Source: Klebsormidium nitens (Eukaryota > Plantae > Klebsormidiophyceae). Taken from it: a stretch of DNA of 64,000 bases. Below, piece by piece: positions 1-11,739 of the stretch. The number at the start of each line of letters is the position of its first letter. Within the stretch, counting starts at the first letter, position 1. Below the pieces are notes generated by a model. That model did not search any database. It was given only the letters and a program-made list of their open reading frames with translations, and was not told the DNA's origin. Both the position numbers and the translations under genes were made by a program. The stretch lies in assembly GCA_000708835.1 (NCBI GenBank), contig DF237327.1, positions 1-64,000 on the forward strand. Reading direction: 5' to 3'.

Positions 1-2038
1 CGCAACCTAACCTTTGTAAACAGAACACAACCTGCAAGGCAGACCGCTGAATCTGTGGCTAGATCGTAAGAGAAAAGAGGCCATTCTGACCTGTCTAATA
101 GAGTGCAACAACACCAGGACTCCAGGCAGGAATGCATCGTCTGCCAGCACTGTCACCCAGGCCTCCTTGCACTCTGAGTCTGCAAAGGAAAGAAACATTA
201 CGCATGTCACCACAGCTCATCTTAAGAGTTGGTACCCTACACGCTGCTCTGCTTTTGAGCAAGCAGTGCCTGACCATGCCTTGTTGCGTGATGGCTCCAT
301 CGAGACTCTCGAGAGTGAGAGCGGCACATGAGATTACACGAGCTAAAGGGAATTTTTTTGGCTTGTATCTGCAGGATTGGGGAAGACCTCTTAAAGTCAA
401 GTGGGTGTCTGGAAAAGCGAAATCTCGAAGTCTTGCGACAGCGATAATTCCGTTTGCAAATCAGGCCTCAATCTGCAATGTCAGTCGACACTCTTCATTT
501 CCTGGCGAAAGCATCACAAGCTGTTAAGCTGCACGCAGCAAAGCAGACAATTGTTTATTCAAACCCAAACGCGAACACAAAGTGAGGACTCTGGCAGCTT
601 TTGGCCATGGTCTCTGAGCAAATATTGGAGGCTCACCTTTTGCGGCAGCAGTGTCCAGGTTTGACAGGTCCTCCCCTTTGTTGCGGGGGCAGTACATCTG
701 CGTTATGGGGCCAGTGGCAGGCATAAGAGATTCTGTGTGACAGGTAAAGGTGTGAATACTTTCTCGCCAACTCGCTTCATGGATTGAAGTCGCCAAAAGC
801 CAGAACTGATTGGAGGCCTCGGGGCCACTGAGAACTGTTCAAGGTGTTCGAGGTGTCAGGTTAAAACCATCAATCATCAATACAACGTCTGAGACAATGT
901 TCCCTGTCAGAGAGCACTTAACAGGTAATCTGCTCCGGCGGGTAATCCTCAGTCTCTTCCAGCTGGTTTAAAGATGGTCCACGAAAAGAATGCCCGAAAC
1001 GAACAATCGGTTTCAGGTGGGGATTCTGGGGGCCCACCTGTCGATGTTGGCCCACCCCACGGCAGCTAGAGCTGTCCAATGACGACGCGAGCTCGTGGTC
1101 TTGGCAGCTGAATGGAAGGAATATAAGCGTCCTTGGCATTGCTCAATCTCTATGATTTGTGCTGGGGGGCAATCAGTGCGGGATGGGCACTTGTATATTC
1201 CCCTGATTGGTTGAGGCAAATTGTCAAGGCCGATCAATTGTTCTTGGAACATTGCAAGCATTGACTTGGAGCACAAACGTCCGTTCTCTTGTACTGAAAG
1301 GAGGTTAGCCAAAACAAAGTGGACATATGTGTGCACCTGGATTTGCGAGGGGCTATAGAATATCAGCTGCTGTGCCCCCACTTTCTTCAAGGCAAGGCTG
1401 CGGCTGGCAGCTTGAGCTGGAAACTCAGAAGAGCTCACCTCAGATCATACATCAGCTCCTTCAATTGAATGACCTTGGGGGCTTTCTTCTTGTGTGACCT
1501 GCTCAAAGCCACATTCAAAGTTCAAACTTCGGCAGAAGAACTATCAACAGAGAGGTTGATAATCGGGAGAACTCAGCGGGAGCTGCTCTGAATAAGAAGG
1601 TGCTGAGAGAAGTGATTGAAAGAAAGGAGGAGACGACAGCGAATCAGCTCCAGTCGGTCTTTGCAACAATTAGGGTTCCACGAACCCTAAAACCGCCTAG
1701 CTCCTATATGTGCGTGGCGTCTGAGCTCCTGCTGATCTTATACAGCTTGGGCGCCTCGGCCTCCTAAAAGTCAGGCGTGGGGCACAAAGGGCTTACCTGT
1801 TTTTGGTAGCTCCATGTTTCCCTTGCTGTCTATGCCGGGCAGCTGCGACCTGGCTATCGTCCGCAGTCAATGCAAGGATGAGTAAAAGCAGAAGGAGGAC
1901 ACTTCTTCCATGGAGAAAGCGCATGTTTGCAGGCCCGAGGCGCTGGAGTGAACGCTTCTGCAGCGTTCTGGTACATGGAGAAATGTAGCGCTCGAGCTCC
2001 TTCTTCCCAAAATCCAAATTTGGAAAACTCCTCGTCAT
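1..2038 (-). CDS. Glycosyltransferase family 8 protein (glycogenin-like/PGSIP-IPUT1-like), multi-exon, 3' part beyond left edge
   Basis: Exon 91-179 (AG/GT bounded) encodes DSECKEAWVTVLADDAFLPGVLVLLHSIRQ, matching the GT8 N-terminal motif (AYVTLLYGDEFLLGVRVLGKSIR in IPUT1-type proteins). Exon 1 (2038 or 1924 to 1797) has the hydrophobic signal/anchor VLLLLLLILALTA. Exon 1439-1498 is in frame. Exons between about 630 and 1400 are not resolved with certainty. Confidence 0.7.
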
Positions 2039-2670
2039 GGCTTGCCTACACGAGCCATGACAGCCGCGTATGAGATGCTGGAGACAGCATTTGTATCATG
2101 ATTTGGTGACGATCAATAGGAATTTTCATAAAAGCTACAATCTGAAACTGGAATTGTTGGCTAGGAGACAGTCAGTTTCATGGACCCCTTCTCACGCGCC
2201 AAGCTGCAAATTAACGAATTTTCGGCCTCGTGCCGCTAAACGACAAAGGTGAGGCCTCTTGTAAACCACCGGATTGCGTTCTATGCTGCATCGACGGCTG
2301 CCGAAATGTTTTACAATCGCTTCTGCACCGACCGATGGGACAAATGACTTCTAGCATCCCGTTGCGATGCTATTCTCCAATCATTTGAAGTACATGATAA
2401 GCGAACGGAGGGAGGCAATATATAGAATAAACAATTCAGAAAAATACAAAATTCCGGAAATATTTCGCCGTCGATGCTGTGAAAGACTCCAAATTCACGG
2501 CACGGTTTACATATTGCTTAGATCTCAAACACGGTACGTACCGGCCAACGTATCAACCGCTCGGGCCATCATCCACCAGGGCCACGTACCGGGCAAGACT
2601 TAGCTGCAAACTGTCACTCCTTACATGCCCGGTTCTGTCGCGGCACAGCCTCCAACCCATAAAACACGTA

Positions 2671-2826
2671 CTAGGAGGAGACCGCCCGAAGGGCGGTATC
2701 CCTCCTAGCCCATGACAAGTTATTCGTAGGTCAATATATCGAATTTTCCACACACTCTTCCCAATCCATGAGGATAATTAAACCAGCCCTTATATTAATA
2801 AAATCTGAGCAATCAAATATGATAGA
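2671..2826 (-). mobile_element. Possible small non-autonomous Helitron-like element or 3' end remnant
   Basis: GC-rich hairpin ACCGCCC-GAA-GGGCGGT (2681-2697) lies inside a larger inverted repeat CTAGGAGG...CCTCCTAG (2671-2708). On the minus strand the hairpin is followed by 6 nt and then CTAG|T. A candidate A|TC 5' end lies at 2826 in an AT-rich tract. Confidence 0.3.
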
Positions 2827-3008
2827 TTATGCAAGCAATATAGACCTTGTGCTGCATGCATGCTTTCACTATTTGCGCTGGCAGAGCTCTACAAATGTTG
2901 CAGGTCAGCTTCACGTTGCGATGGCGCCCCCCTGACGTTTGTGCACAGCTTTCACCAGTTGTCCAGGCAGCCAGGTAGCTCGCTGCTGGCTCTCACAGCT
3001 CCAGGACA

Positions 3009-3552
3009 ATGTCTGGAAAAGAGCAAGCAAAAAGTGTGAAACGCCACCCTTCAGAGACTTTCACCGAGTTTGAAAACTTCTTGAAGCGGATTGCTCCACC
3101 AAAGCCCAGGAGTTCTATGACCGGCCTGGAAAAGAGCCAGGAGTTTTGGATGACCGCTAGCAAACCGTTCAGGTGAGAGGGGCTCTGATTTTATCTGGAA
3201 GAGTCTTCTTGTCTTTGCAAAGTCAATGTCAATTCTTACATTACATTCCTTACCTTGTGGCAGGAGCTGTAAAGTGTGCCTCCAAGATAATGTCAGAATT
3301 ATGTTGCTGACAGCATTGCAGACAACCTCATAAGCACAAAGTCCTTGATAGATCCTTCAAACCAAGCATAACTCTTCTGAGCCGCAGTCCGGCTGATCTT
3401 CGCACTTGCTTACATGCAGGCATCCTGTGGGGTGGGTTGTGCTCTGGGTCGCTGCCGACGCGCTCCTAGCCAAGCATCACAAAACGGACTCTGCATCAGT
3501 CTTTGGAGGCTCTGCACCACACCAGAGAAAACAGAGCTGGGAGATGGTCTGA
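3009..3552 (+). CDS. Candidate spliced small ORF/uORF (98 aa, unknown product) just upstream of nicastrin
   Basis: ATG at 3009; exon 3009-3172 with donor GTGAGA; branch-like CTGAT near 3393 and acceptor TGCAG at 3419; exon 3420-3552 stays in frame to TGA. No family recognised. Confidence 0.3.
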
Positions 3553-3656
3553 GGTGAAGGGCGCCAGTTCTAGATTGCGCGATGGAAGTTGCGAGGGATG
3601 TTTGGGGAGCAAGCGTAGAAGCGGCGGGGCGTGAGTGGGGGCACGCAGGAGGTATC

Positions 3657-6600
3657 ATGACGAGGCAAACCTCTAGAGTAGTCAGACGCTCGGTTGTGAG
3701 GGATGCAAAGCGGTCCGCTTGGTGTCCGATAGTCTGGAGTCTTCTCGTTCTGGTATTGACCACTCAGACAGCGTCCGCCAAGCCTTCCACATTGCGATCA
3801 GTTCCAGAACTAGAGGCTGCTATGTATTCCACCATCGACGGCTGGCCGTGCGTCAGGTTACTGACGGTCAACGGGGAGATTGGCTGCTCCAATCCTGATA
3901 GGGGTCTGGTGATCTCCCCTATTCAGAGGCTCGAGTCTTCTCAAGACGCAGTGTTGGGGAACCATGCCGTTCTGCTCCCCCCAAGCGCATACCAAGGTTT
4001 CATGCAGCGGCTAGAAGCAGACCCTCTTCTCACTGAGCAAGTAGCAGGGGTCTTGCTAGAAGCGGACAATCTGTTTAACGGATCGCACGTGCTCAGTCAA
4101 TTCTCCCCTGCTGCCAAGTACCCCCAGGCAGAATGGGCCGATGAGTCGGCGCGGGGCTACGTGTGGAACCCCCCAGGGAGCGACTTAGCAAGAAAACGAT
4201 TCCAGCTGCCGGTGTTTCTTCTGAACGAGAATGGGACAAGGTAAGCGCCACACTTCTTTTAGAAATGTGTGCCGAGTCCCTGCTTCTCCGATCAGTTCCC
4301 TAACAGGCCCAAGCTTTCCAGTAACAGAGATTTTGGCGATGTTTGACACTGACGTTTCAATGATGGCTGTTTGATGACCCTGGACCCTGGTTTCTTCTGA
4401 AGTTGGAAATACCAGAACTTGGCTCCGCAAACCCAATGATGATTCGTATGATACATCGGGTGCCTAAAGTAGTTAAGATGTTTTTCTTCTGGACAACTAA
4501 TTCTAAGATTGCTTATCCAACCCTTCTTTGATTCGCCTCCTTTGCAGGCTGATGCGCAGCCACTCAGAGCACAACCACAAACAAAACTTCAAGCACCCCC
4601 TCTACGTCGCGGAGTTTGATCTCGTGATGTACACGACTGCTCACGAGACACCCACAACCGCAGAGTGCCTGGCAGCTGCCACGTGCCTGCCCCTGGGAGG
4701 CTACAGGTAAGATCTCACGTTTACAAGCACGAGGTCTAACGAGAGGCTCCGCGTGCTTGTACAGTGTTTGATACTTCTGCTTCGAAGATGGCTGGGTCAA
4801 AGCGGACTCTGGAATTTAACGTCCAAGTCGGTTGATTTACTTGATCTGCAGATTTTCGGCAGGGCAGAACTCAGCAGAAACTTGTGAATTTAACAATGTC
4901 CTAGTCGCGCTTGACACCCTGCCATCATTTTTACTCCCGTCTCTCACACACATCTCAACGGACTGTCCTTTCTACGCGCGTTTGACTGCTTTTTACTTGA
5001 AAACATTACAACCCTGCGTTCTCCTTCTCGTGCAGTGTCCTCTCGTCTCTGCCCCCCCTCCCCCCTCCAAACACCACTACTCCTACCAAACCCGTAGTAC
5101 TCGCCCTGGCCTCAATCGACTCCGCATCTTTCTTCCGCGACTTAGCCCCCGGCGCAAACTCCCCTCTCTCTGGCGCAATTGCTCTGCTCGCGGCTGTGGA
5201 AGCGCTCTCGCGGGTGCCCGGGGTTAAGGACGGAACCCTCCCTAACCAGCTGGTTTTTGCCTTCCTGACCGGGGAGTCGTGGGGTTACCTTGGCAGTCGG
5301 AGGCTGCTCGCTGAAGTTGCTGAGGGGAGCGCGGCAGTGGACGGGTTCTCTTGGGACCAGGTCGGATCCCACGCCCTCTCTTCTTCTGTATTTCATTTTG
5401 TCCTTGATCCAAAGTGCGTCCGAGTAGTGCAGTATAGTAAAGATAGGAAACGACACCCTTTTTACCTGCGTATCATTGATTGGACCGCCCATCTGTCTGG
5501 AGCGGCCACTTTGCTTTCGCCCCGACTTGACCTTGCCTCGAGAAGATCGTTCCAAGAACTCTCTATTGTCTAGGTAACGAGAATGTATTTGAAACTTCTG
5601 TAAACGGGCGATGAAACAGTAGGTTGACAGTTGACCGATCAAGACAGTTATCCGGGGCAAGGTGCCAACCTTGGAGCGCGCTCCTAACCACTCTCCCATA
5701 GCTTTGCACTTAGTTTCATAGAACAACGAACATCCTAGAGGCTCACTTTGAGAATATCTCTATCGGACGCTCTGTTTATGTTGCGGAACACCTGTGCATA
5801 TATCATCCGGAATGGTCGTTTGACTAGCCTGTCCCTCATCAGACGCCCCCTGGCGCTCTGCCAGCATCACAAGCTCTATATCGATGCACCACCAAAGCCA
5901 AGCGTCGAGCGCTTCCGTCGAAGTCAAAAGCCGAGAGCCTCTTTCTCCCTGACTGCAGGACTGATGTCATCTTAGGCGGTGTTGTTTAACGGATTAACTG
6001 CTCGAACGCGGCTCGTTTCTACTTTTGAGGCGTCAAGCCGTAAAGCTAAAACACCTGCAATTCTGGAAGGCTTTGACGAAGTGAATTGGAACCAGAAGCC
6101 TATATAGACAATACATCGGTAATTTCCACTAACCAAGAAACGGTAGGACTTCAACCACGGTTATTGTCCAATTTTTAGGTGACGGCGGTGCTGGAGGTTG
6201 GCTCTGTTGGGAGGGCCAAGAGAGGGCCGGTGAACGGAGCTCCTGACAAAGCGACGACGTTCTATGCTCACAGGTAGGGACTGCCTTCTCTAGACTTCTT
6301 CCCGTTTTGGACAGTGCCGAACTGACTTTCACGGCAATGGCCGTCGGTAGAGCAGGAATTCTGATGCCTTGACGGCGCAAAGCTGCCTTCACTCTGCCGG
6401 TTTCTAACAGCTGTCTACCTTGCCTAGCAACGAGTGGTGACTTTTATCGCATAGCTTCCTCGTTGACAGCTCAGCTCCTTTTCTTGCAAAGACAGGAACT
6501 GGGAGGCTGCTTCTCTGTTCGGAAGAGAAAGTGACGCATAACGGATCGCTTCTATTGAAGGCACGAAAAGTAAATGTTGATAAATCATTGCCCTCCTGAG

Positions 6601-8200
6601 TCGAGCAATTGTGACTGCTTCGTCTCCAGGGGAAAGCAGCAGGCGGCCTCCGTCTCCGCCCCCATCCTCACAGCCCTCACTTCCGCCGCGAGCAGCATGC
6701 CCGGCGCGCCCTCGGTCCAGCCCGCAAGCCCCGACACCCCCGGCGTGCCCCCCGACTCCTCGCTGACGTCATTCCTGTGTCAGAATCCCCAGACCCCGGG
6801 TCTGGTCCTGACCGACTTCGACGCCGCCTTCTCCAACCCCTACTTCCAGAGCTTCTACGATGACGTCAGCAACATCGACGCTGACGTCATTGCTGAAGCG
6901 GCAACACTGATCGCGCGCGGGCTGCTTCAGCTAGCCGGGGGAACACTCACATCGCATTTGCCAAGCACCAACCCCGGTTTGGTTAAGGACCTCGTTAAGT
7001 GCCTGTTGACCCCCTCCCCGGGGCTGGGCTGCAGCCTGGTGCAAAACCTAACCACGCCGCTAACCGCGTCCGGTTTCGCTAACCACTACGTGGGGATCCT
7101 GCAAGAAGGCCCGGGACCAAACCCGTTCCCGCTCGACGACACGTCGCGGTTTCTATGGAATCTGCTGGCGAACGTGACGGGGAAGACAGTAAATGGCAGC
7201 ACGTGTGATGGGGCGTGCCCAGCGGGGCAGGCGTGTGTGGGCTTGACGGCGGCAAAGAAGGGCACGTGCCTGAACGCCACGGCCAGGTATGGAAAGAGTC
7301 GTTGCTTCGTTTCTCGCTTTTGATGAGCCTTGCTGACGCCGTGTTCATCATACACAGACTTGCGTGGACTTCGACGGCATTTTTTCTATCCCTGTGCGAG
7401 GCTGGAAATACTCTTTGCTGTGTTTCCCGTTTCATGAGCCTTGCTTACGCCGTGTTCATTTAAAACAGAGTCGCGTAGACCTTCGACGGAGTTTTCCTAT
7501 CCCTGTGCGAGGAAAATTGGGGTTCGAGCTTGTGTTTGTTTGCTGAGTGAGTACTGTGATTGTTGGAAGTCCGCTCTCGTAATAGCGTCAGGAATGAGTA
7601 TCTCTGAGTTGCTTTTTGCAGTTGCCCAACATTTTCCATGTCCAGACTCGTTGCCGTGCACCATGATTTTGTGCCTCTAGAACAGCTGTCTCGAGCCGGC
7701 AAGTATGGCCGTCGATTTTTTTGAAAGGCGCTTCGTCGATATTTGGAGAACGGCGCTCCACTCACGAATGGTAGTTCATTCGAAAAGATTGTTCCTGTAA
7801 AGTAGGATTCTCAAGAATTCACGCCTTCGTTTTGCGTTTGATGATTTGAAAGGCGTTTTTTGTTTGCTTGTTTGAAAGAGTGCCAAAAACGTTGAATCGA
7901 TGAATCTACAACATTCAAGAGTTCTTATTCGAATGCTACAGGTACGTCCCGGCCTACTCGACGCGGCTCAAGTGGGACAACGGCTGGCAGCTGCTTCCGT
8001 CACCGCCCGGCTCCAAAGCAGACCCGGACCCAGTGTACACGGAAAGCTTCTGGAACCAGCTTCACCTGAGGACGTACATGGCCGAGAGCCCACGTTATGA
8101 GAAGTGGGTCTTCATAAGCGGGCTAGCCGTCACTGGCTTCGCGTATCTGTGTCAAGTGAGCGCTAAGCGGGTTGTTGAGCATAGGCTCAAGCAGGCGTAG
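3657..8200 (+). CDS. NCT: Nicastrin (gamma-secretase subunit)
   Basis: Six exons (3657-4240, 4548-4706, 5036-5360, 6179-6273, 6630-7286, 7942-8200) with consistent phases. Signal peptide, then GWPCVRLLTVNGEIGCSNP, CLPLGGYS, SIDSASFFRD, TGESWGYLGSRR, FDAAFSNPYFQSFYDD, RYVPAYSTRL, DPVYTESFW and a C-terminal TM helix, all matching plant nicastrin. Confidence 0.97.
7323..7512. repeat. Degenerate tandem duplication (2 copies, about 111 bp period) in nicastrin intron 5
   Basis: ATGAGCCTTGCT(G/T)ACGCCGTGTTCAT...TTCGACGG...CTATCCCTGTGCGAGG occurs starting at 7323 and again at 7434. Confidence 0.85.
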
Positions 8201-9558
8201 GTAATGTAGGACAGGTGATTCTTTTGTGGGCTTGCGGCCTCTTATTTCAGGTCGTCAGCTTAGCAGCTAGCCTGTTTTGTACATTCTGTGGTAATGCGGG
8301 GGGGGCAAAGAAGCCGGCCGGGGGAGGCAGCTTTTCCGAACCGAGAGGACTGCTGTGAGGCAATGCAACATGTAAAGCTTCAAATCTCTTTGCGCCAGGC
8401 GCACTCATGATGCAAAGTGCAACGCTGCGAATGTGCGCACACTGATCTTTGTATATGTGAAAGAAGTTTGGGTTGTATAAACGGGCCAGCCAGCGCTCGA
8501 TCCGCTCATGCAGCTCTCATGCATCTAGAGCTGGCAATTGATCTTTTGCAAATTGGCCGCGGTTGACAATTACCGTCGCAATGATGACCATGCAATATGG
8601 CATCGCGTACTCCCCGCGATCGTCCGATCCCAATTGTCACTGTGGGCCGGTGCGGTGGGCCAGGCCATCTTTGTTATATGCATATCGAAGCACTGATCGT
8701 TCGAATTATCGGATCCGATCGTGCAACTTAGCATGATGCAGGCTTTCCAGCTGTTGCCAGATTGGAGCTGACGGCCGCCGGTGCATGACGGTTTGCCTCG
8801 ACAAATTGCAGGCCGTAGCTTACTGAATCCGGTTTCGCTATGATGCAGGCGGGCGCATGCAGCACCTCATCGGCTGGCGGTGGCCTGCGTGGCACGGCGG
8901 CTGATTGAAGCATGATCATATCACCATTAAGTTGCGCAGGTGTTAAAGTGGCGTGCCACCATCACTGACATCTCGGGATGAGGGGCCCGCGCGGGCCATG
9001 CTACCGTCAACTAGCTCATGCACCGCGAGTGTTTGCTCTGCAATAAAGCGAACGCAACCAAGTAGTATATTCACGTATATCACATCGATTCGACATGATG
9101 CATGCAGTTCTAGCTTGTCGTCGGACGTACCGCAGATCTCAGTCTCGTCTGTACAATCTGAGTGATTCCAGAAACTTTGAGTCATGGTCCAACGTATTTG
9201 TTCCTGGCATCAACGCCAGTATTGTATTCCGTGAGTAGCTGGACATTCATTGAGCCGGCTGGTAACACGCAGCATGACCCCTTGCCGGCCTCCACCTGCT
9301 CATCTGTGGAGCTTGACAATCAAATTCTGAGACTGTTTAGAAAACAACGTTCGCGGCGAAAACTCTCTTGAGCAACGGCGTTTCTGGGCCCCTCTCTGGC
9401 AACGAAGCCTATCATAAAGTAATCTAAACACAGATGTTGCTTTCCCCGCTTGCTATCTCTGAATCCTTATCAGCAACATGTCACCCTTCTAATGTGGACC
9501 TATCAAATACTCAAGCGCAACAGCAATCCCATCACCCTGAGAGCAAGTGGTCATCCAC

Positions 9559-10475
9559 TCAGTCAGTGTTGCTCAAGTCCGAAGTGACGTATGCGCCCAC
9601 AGATCCATTGCCCCGGAACCATCTTTCGTCGTCACCCTCCGAGATGCTAATCTCCCAGAATTGGCGATATGCTCCAACGCGGTACTCAACAATGCCAACC
9701 ACGTGTCCAGAGCTACAGTATCTGAAGTCCGCCAGAGTCGTTTCCGTCACCTTGAGAGCCGTCCTCGGAACGCGCCGCACTGGGGAGGGGCAGAACGGGC
9801 AGATTCCCAACTTCTCGCTAGCATCTTCTGGATCGTTTCCGATGAGCGCAGTGAATTCCTTGACACACCCAACAACCCCGCGATACACTTTCCTTGCAAT
9901 CTGGCAACGAAGTTCAGCCACGGTGCCATACCCGTCTCTGTGAGTTACCTCATGCACACAGCACAGCATGAAGGACGCTCCGGCAGAGCTTTCCGCTTCC
10001 GCTGCCAGGATGCTTCCGGCGGACACCTCCTCCACAACGGAAAGCGTGTACGGCACAGGTGCTGCTTGGCGGGCTCGCACTTATGCATCTTCCCTGGCGA
10101 CCTTATTGCCTGGCAATCGAACGGCCCAGATCTGCTCTTCTCGGGGGTCTCCAGTCGCCCGGGGCACCACGTCAGCAGTCTCGCAAAGCTCATCCAACCG
10201 GCTTCCCCCGGGCTGTTTTCTGCCCCCCCGACAGGCACCAGATCTGCGCAAACCTCCGGAGCGACTCTCCTGCATGCTGCCGCCCAGGCGCTATCTCTGA
10301 CAACGCTCGCGTAGCGCCGCGAAACGCGGGCGAAGTTGGCGAGATCCGGCACTCCTTCGAAGGCGAAGAGCACGCTGTTGGGCGGGAAGAGCTTCTCGAG
10401 GACTAGGCAGGCCAGGTCGTCATTCAGGGACTCGAAGCACAGGCCTCCCATGGCGCTCATTGACTGGATCTTCAT
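9559..10475 (-). CDS. EID1/EDL-like F-box protein; two frames joined by a short intron or a frameshift
   Basis: N-terminal F-box (LNDDLACLVLEKL...FARVSRRYASVVRDSAWAAAC) and GWMSFARLLTWCPG are in one frame. KVYRGVVG...CPFCPSPV...YCSSGHVVG and an acidic tail are in a second frame (9559-10080). These match EID1/EDL motifs (WxxxxKxxxxCxG, VFRGVF, CPYC, FVCxNGHxxG). Confidence 0.7.
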
Positions 10476-11739
10476 GGCGCTAAACACAGAACAATTTGTA
10501 CCGAATCTTATGAGCGCTAAACCACAGAGCTTGACCTGGGTAAATACTCTAGCGGCTGATCCCCCAACACCTTCCGGAGAGGCTGAAAGTTACCTTGCAA
10601 CACGAGAACCTCCTCTACAGGCAACCATGCAGTCTCTAGAAAACACTCAACGCAAACCACCTGATACTTGAACAACCCTGCGCTCTGCCTGCGCCTGACC
10701 TATTCGGGATGTTAGATGGTTGCGCGGGAATAACTTTGTATCGCCGCAGGAAAATCTGGACGCCGAACCTTCGGATCTGTGAGATCCATCAAAAGCAGAT
10801 CCCTTATGTTCCGCTTGTCTGCCTCCGAAGGAGCCGTTGTCCGCCCTACGCTGACTTTAGAGAAGGGATAGCTCTAAAGGATTAGCTGTAAGTGTTGAGC
10901 ATGCAGCTGGCCAGGCATGCTAAAAAGGCTCGGAGTCCATACGCGCGTCTCTAAGATGCCTCCCTAAAACGCGTCTCTTTAGTGCTGCGCTCCAAAGCAC
11001 GACTCCCCGACGCGGCGCAGAAGAAGTTTCCTCGAGATGTCTGCCTGGCTTGATGGAAGCTACAGTAGCAGACGGCAGAAAGCTCAACACCGTACGTATT
11101 GCGCGTGTGTTTCCGGGACGTGAAACTCTCCTTTCTGTTGCAGTGAAGGAAACTCTTGACAATCTGATTCGGACAAACGGTTCTCATGGAGCATGACGTC
11201 ACTCATGTATTGTTACTGTGCTAGACCCCTGCTAGACATGTTGACGATAAGTAAGTCATAGCGCGAGTCCGATTGGCCGTGATGCAAAGGATCTGGCTTA
11301 CATGCTCGTAACGAAGATGACACGTGTTCACTGCAACTCCTCATGATCCCTGGGCTTAATCTTCCCAGCTACGCCTCAGCACTAGCGTCAAGTTGTAAGC
11401 CTTACGTAATCTCAGATCAGATCGGTCGAACTTTTGAGCGCTCAAGGGGCGTTTCAAAGTCTCAGAGCGTTCAGAAAGGCGTTTTGATACAAACGTAAGA
11501 TGCAAGATTTTATGCAAGTGTGTCCCTGCGTGGCAGCGGCTTCTTCTAAATTAAGTTCAAGTTTGCGACTCTGCGCTCAGTGGTCGCGCGGCCGCAGGGT
11601 TCTAAGCGCGGCCGCACAGCCGCTGCGCACTGCAACCACTGGCATGAGTCGGATCTGCGAGCATGTGCGCGCACTCGTATAGTGGTAGCAGAAGCTGAGC
11701 TAGCAGGCTGGAGCAGGCCGCCAGCATGCAGAGAGTGCA

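Noticed and set aside
1682-1692. Single telo-box-like AACCCTAAAA (also CCCTAAACCC at about 48430)
   Set aside because: Isolated 8-10-mers are expected by chance; there is no supporting context.
5270-5300. Nicastrin GYLGS in place of the animal DYIGS motif
   Set aside because: This is the normal plant-type variant, not novel.
5142-5726. 194-aa minus-strand ORF
   Set aside because: Antisense to nicastrin exon 3 and intron 3; no motif.
9434-10406. Long plus-strand ORFs (9434-9943, 9547-10314, 10059-10406)
   Set aside because: They are antisense shadows of the GC-rich F-box coding sequence and contain no recognisable motifs.
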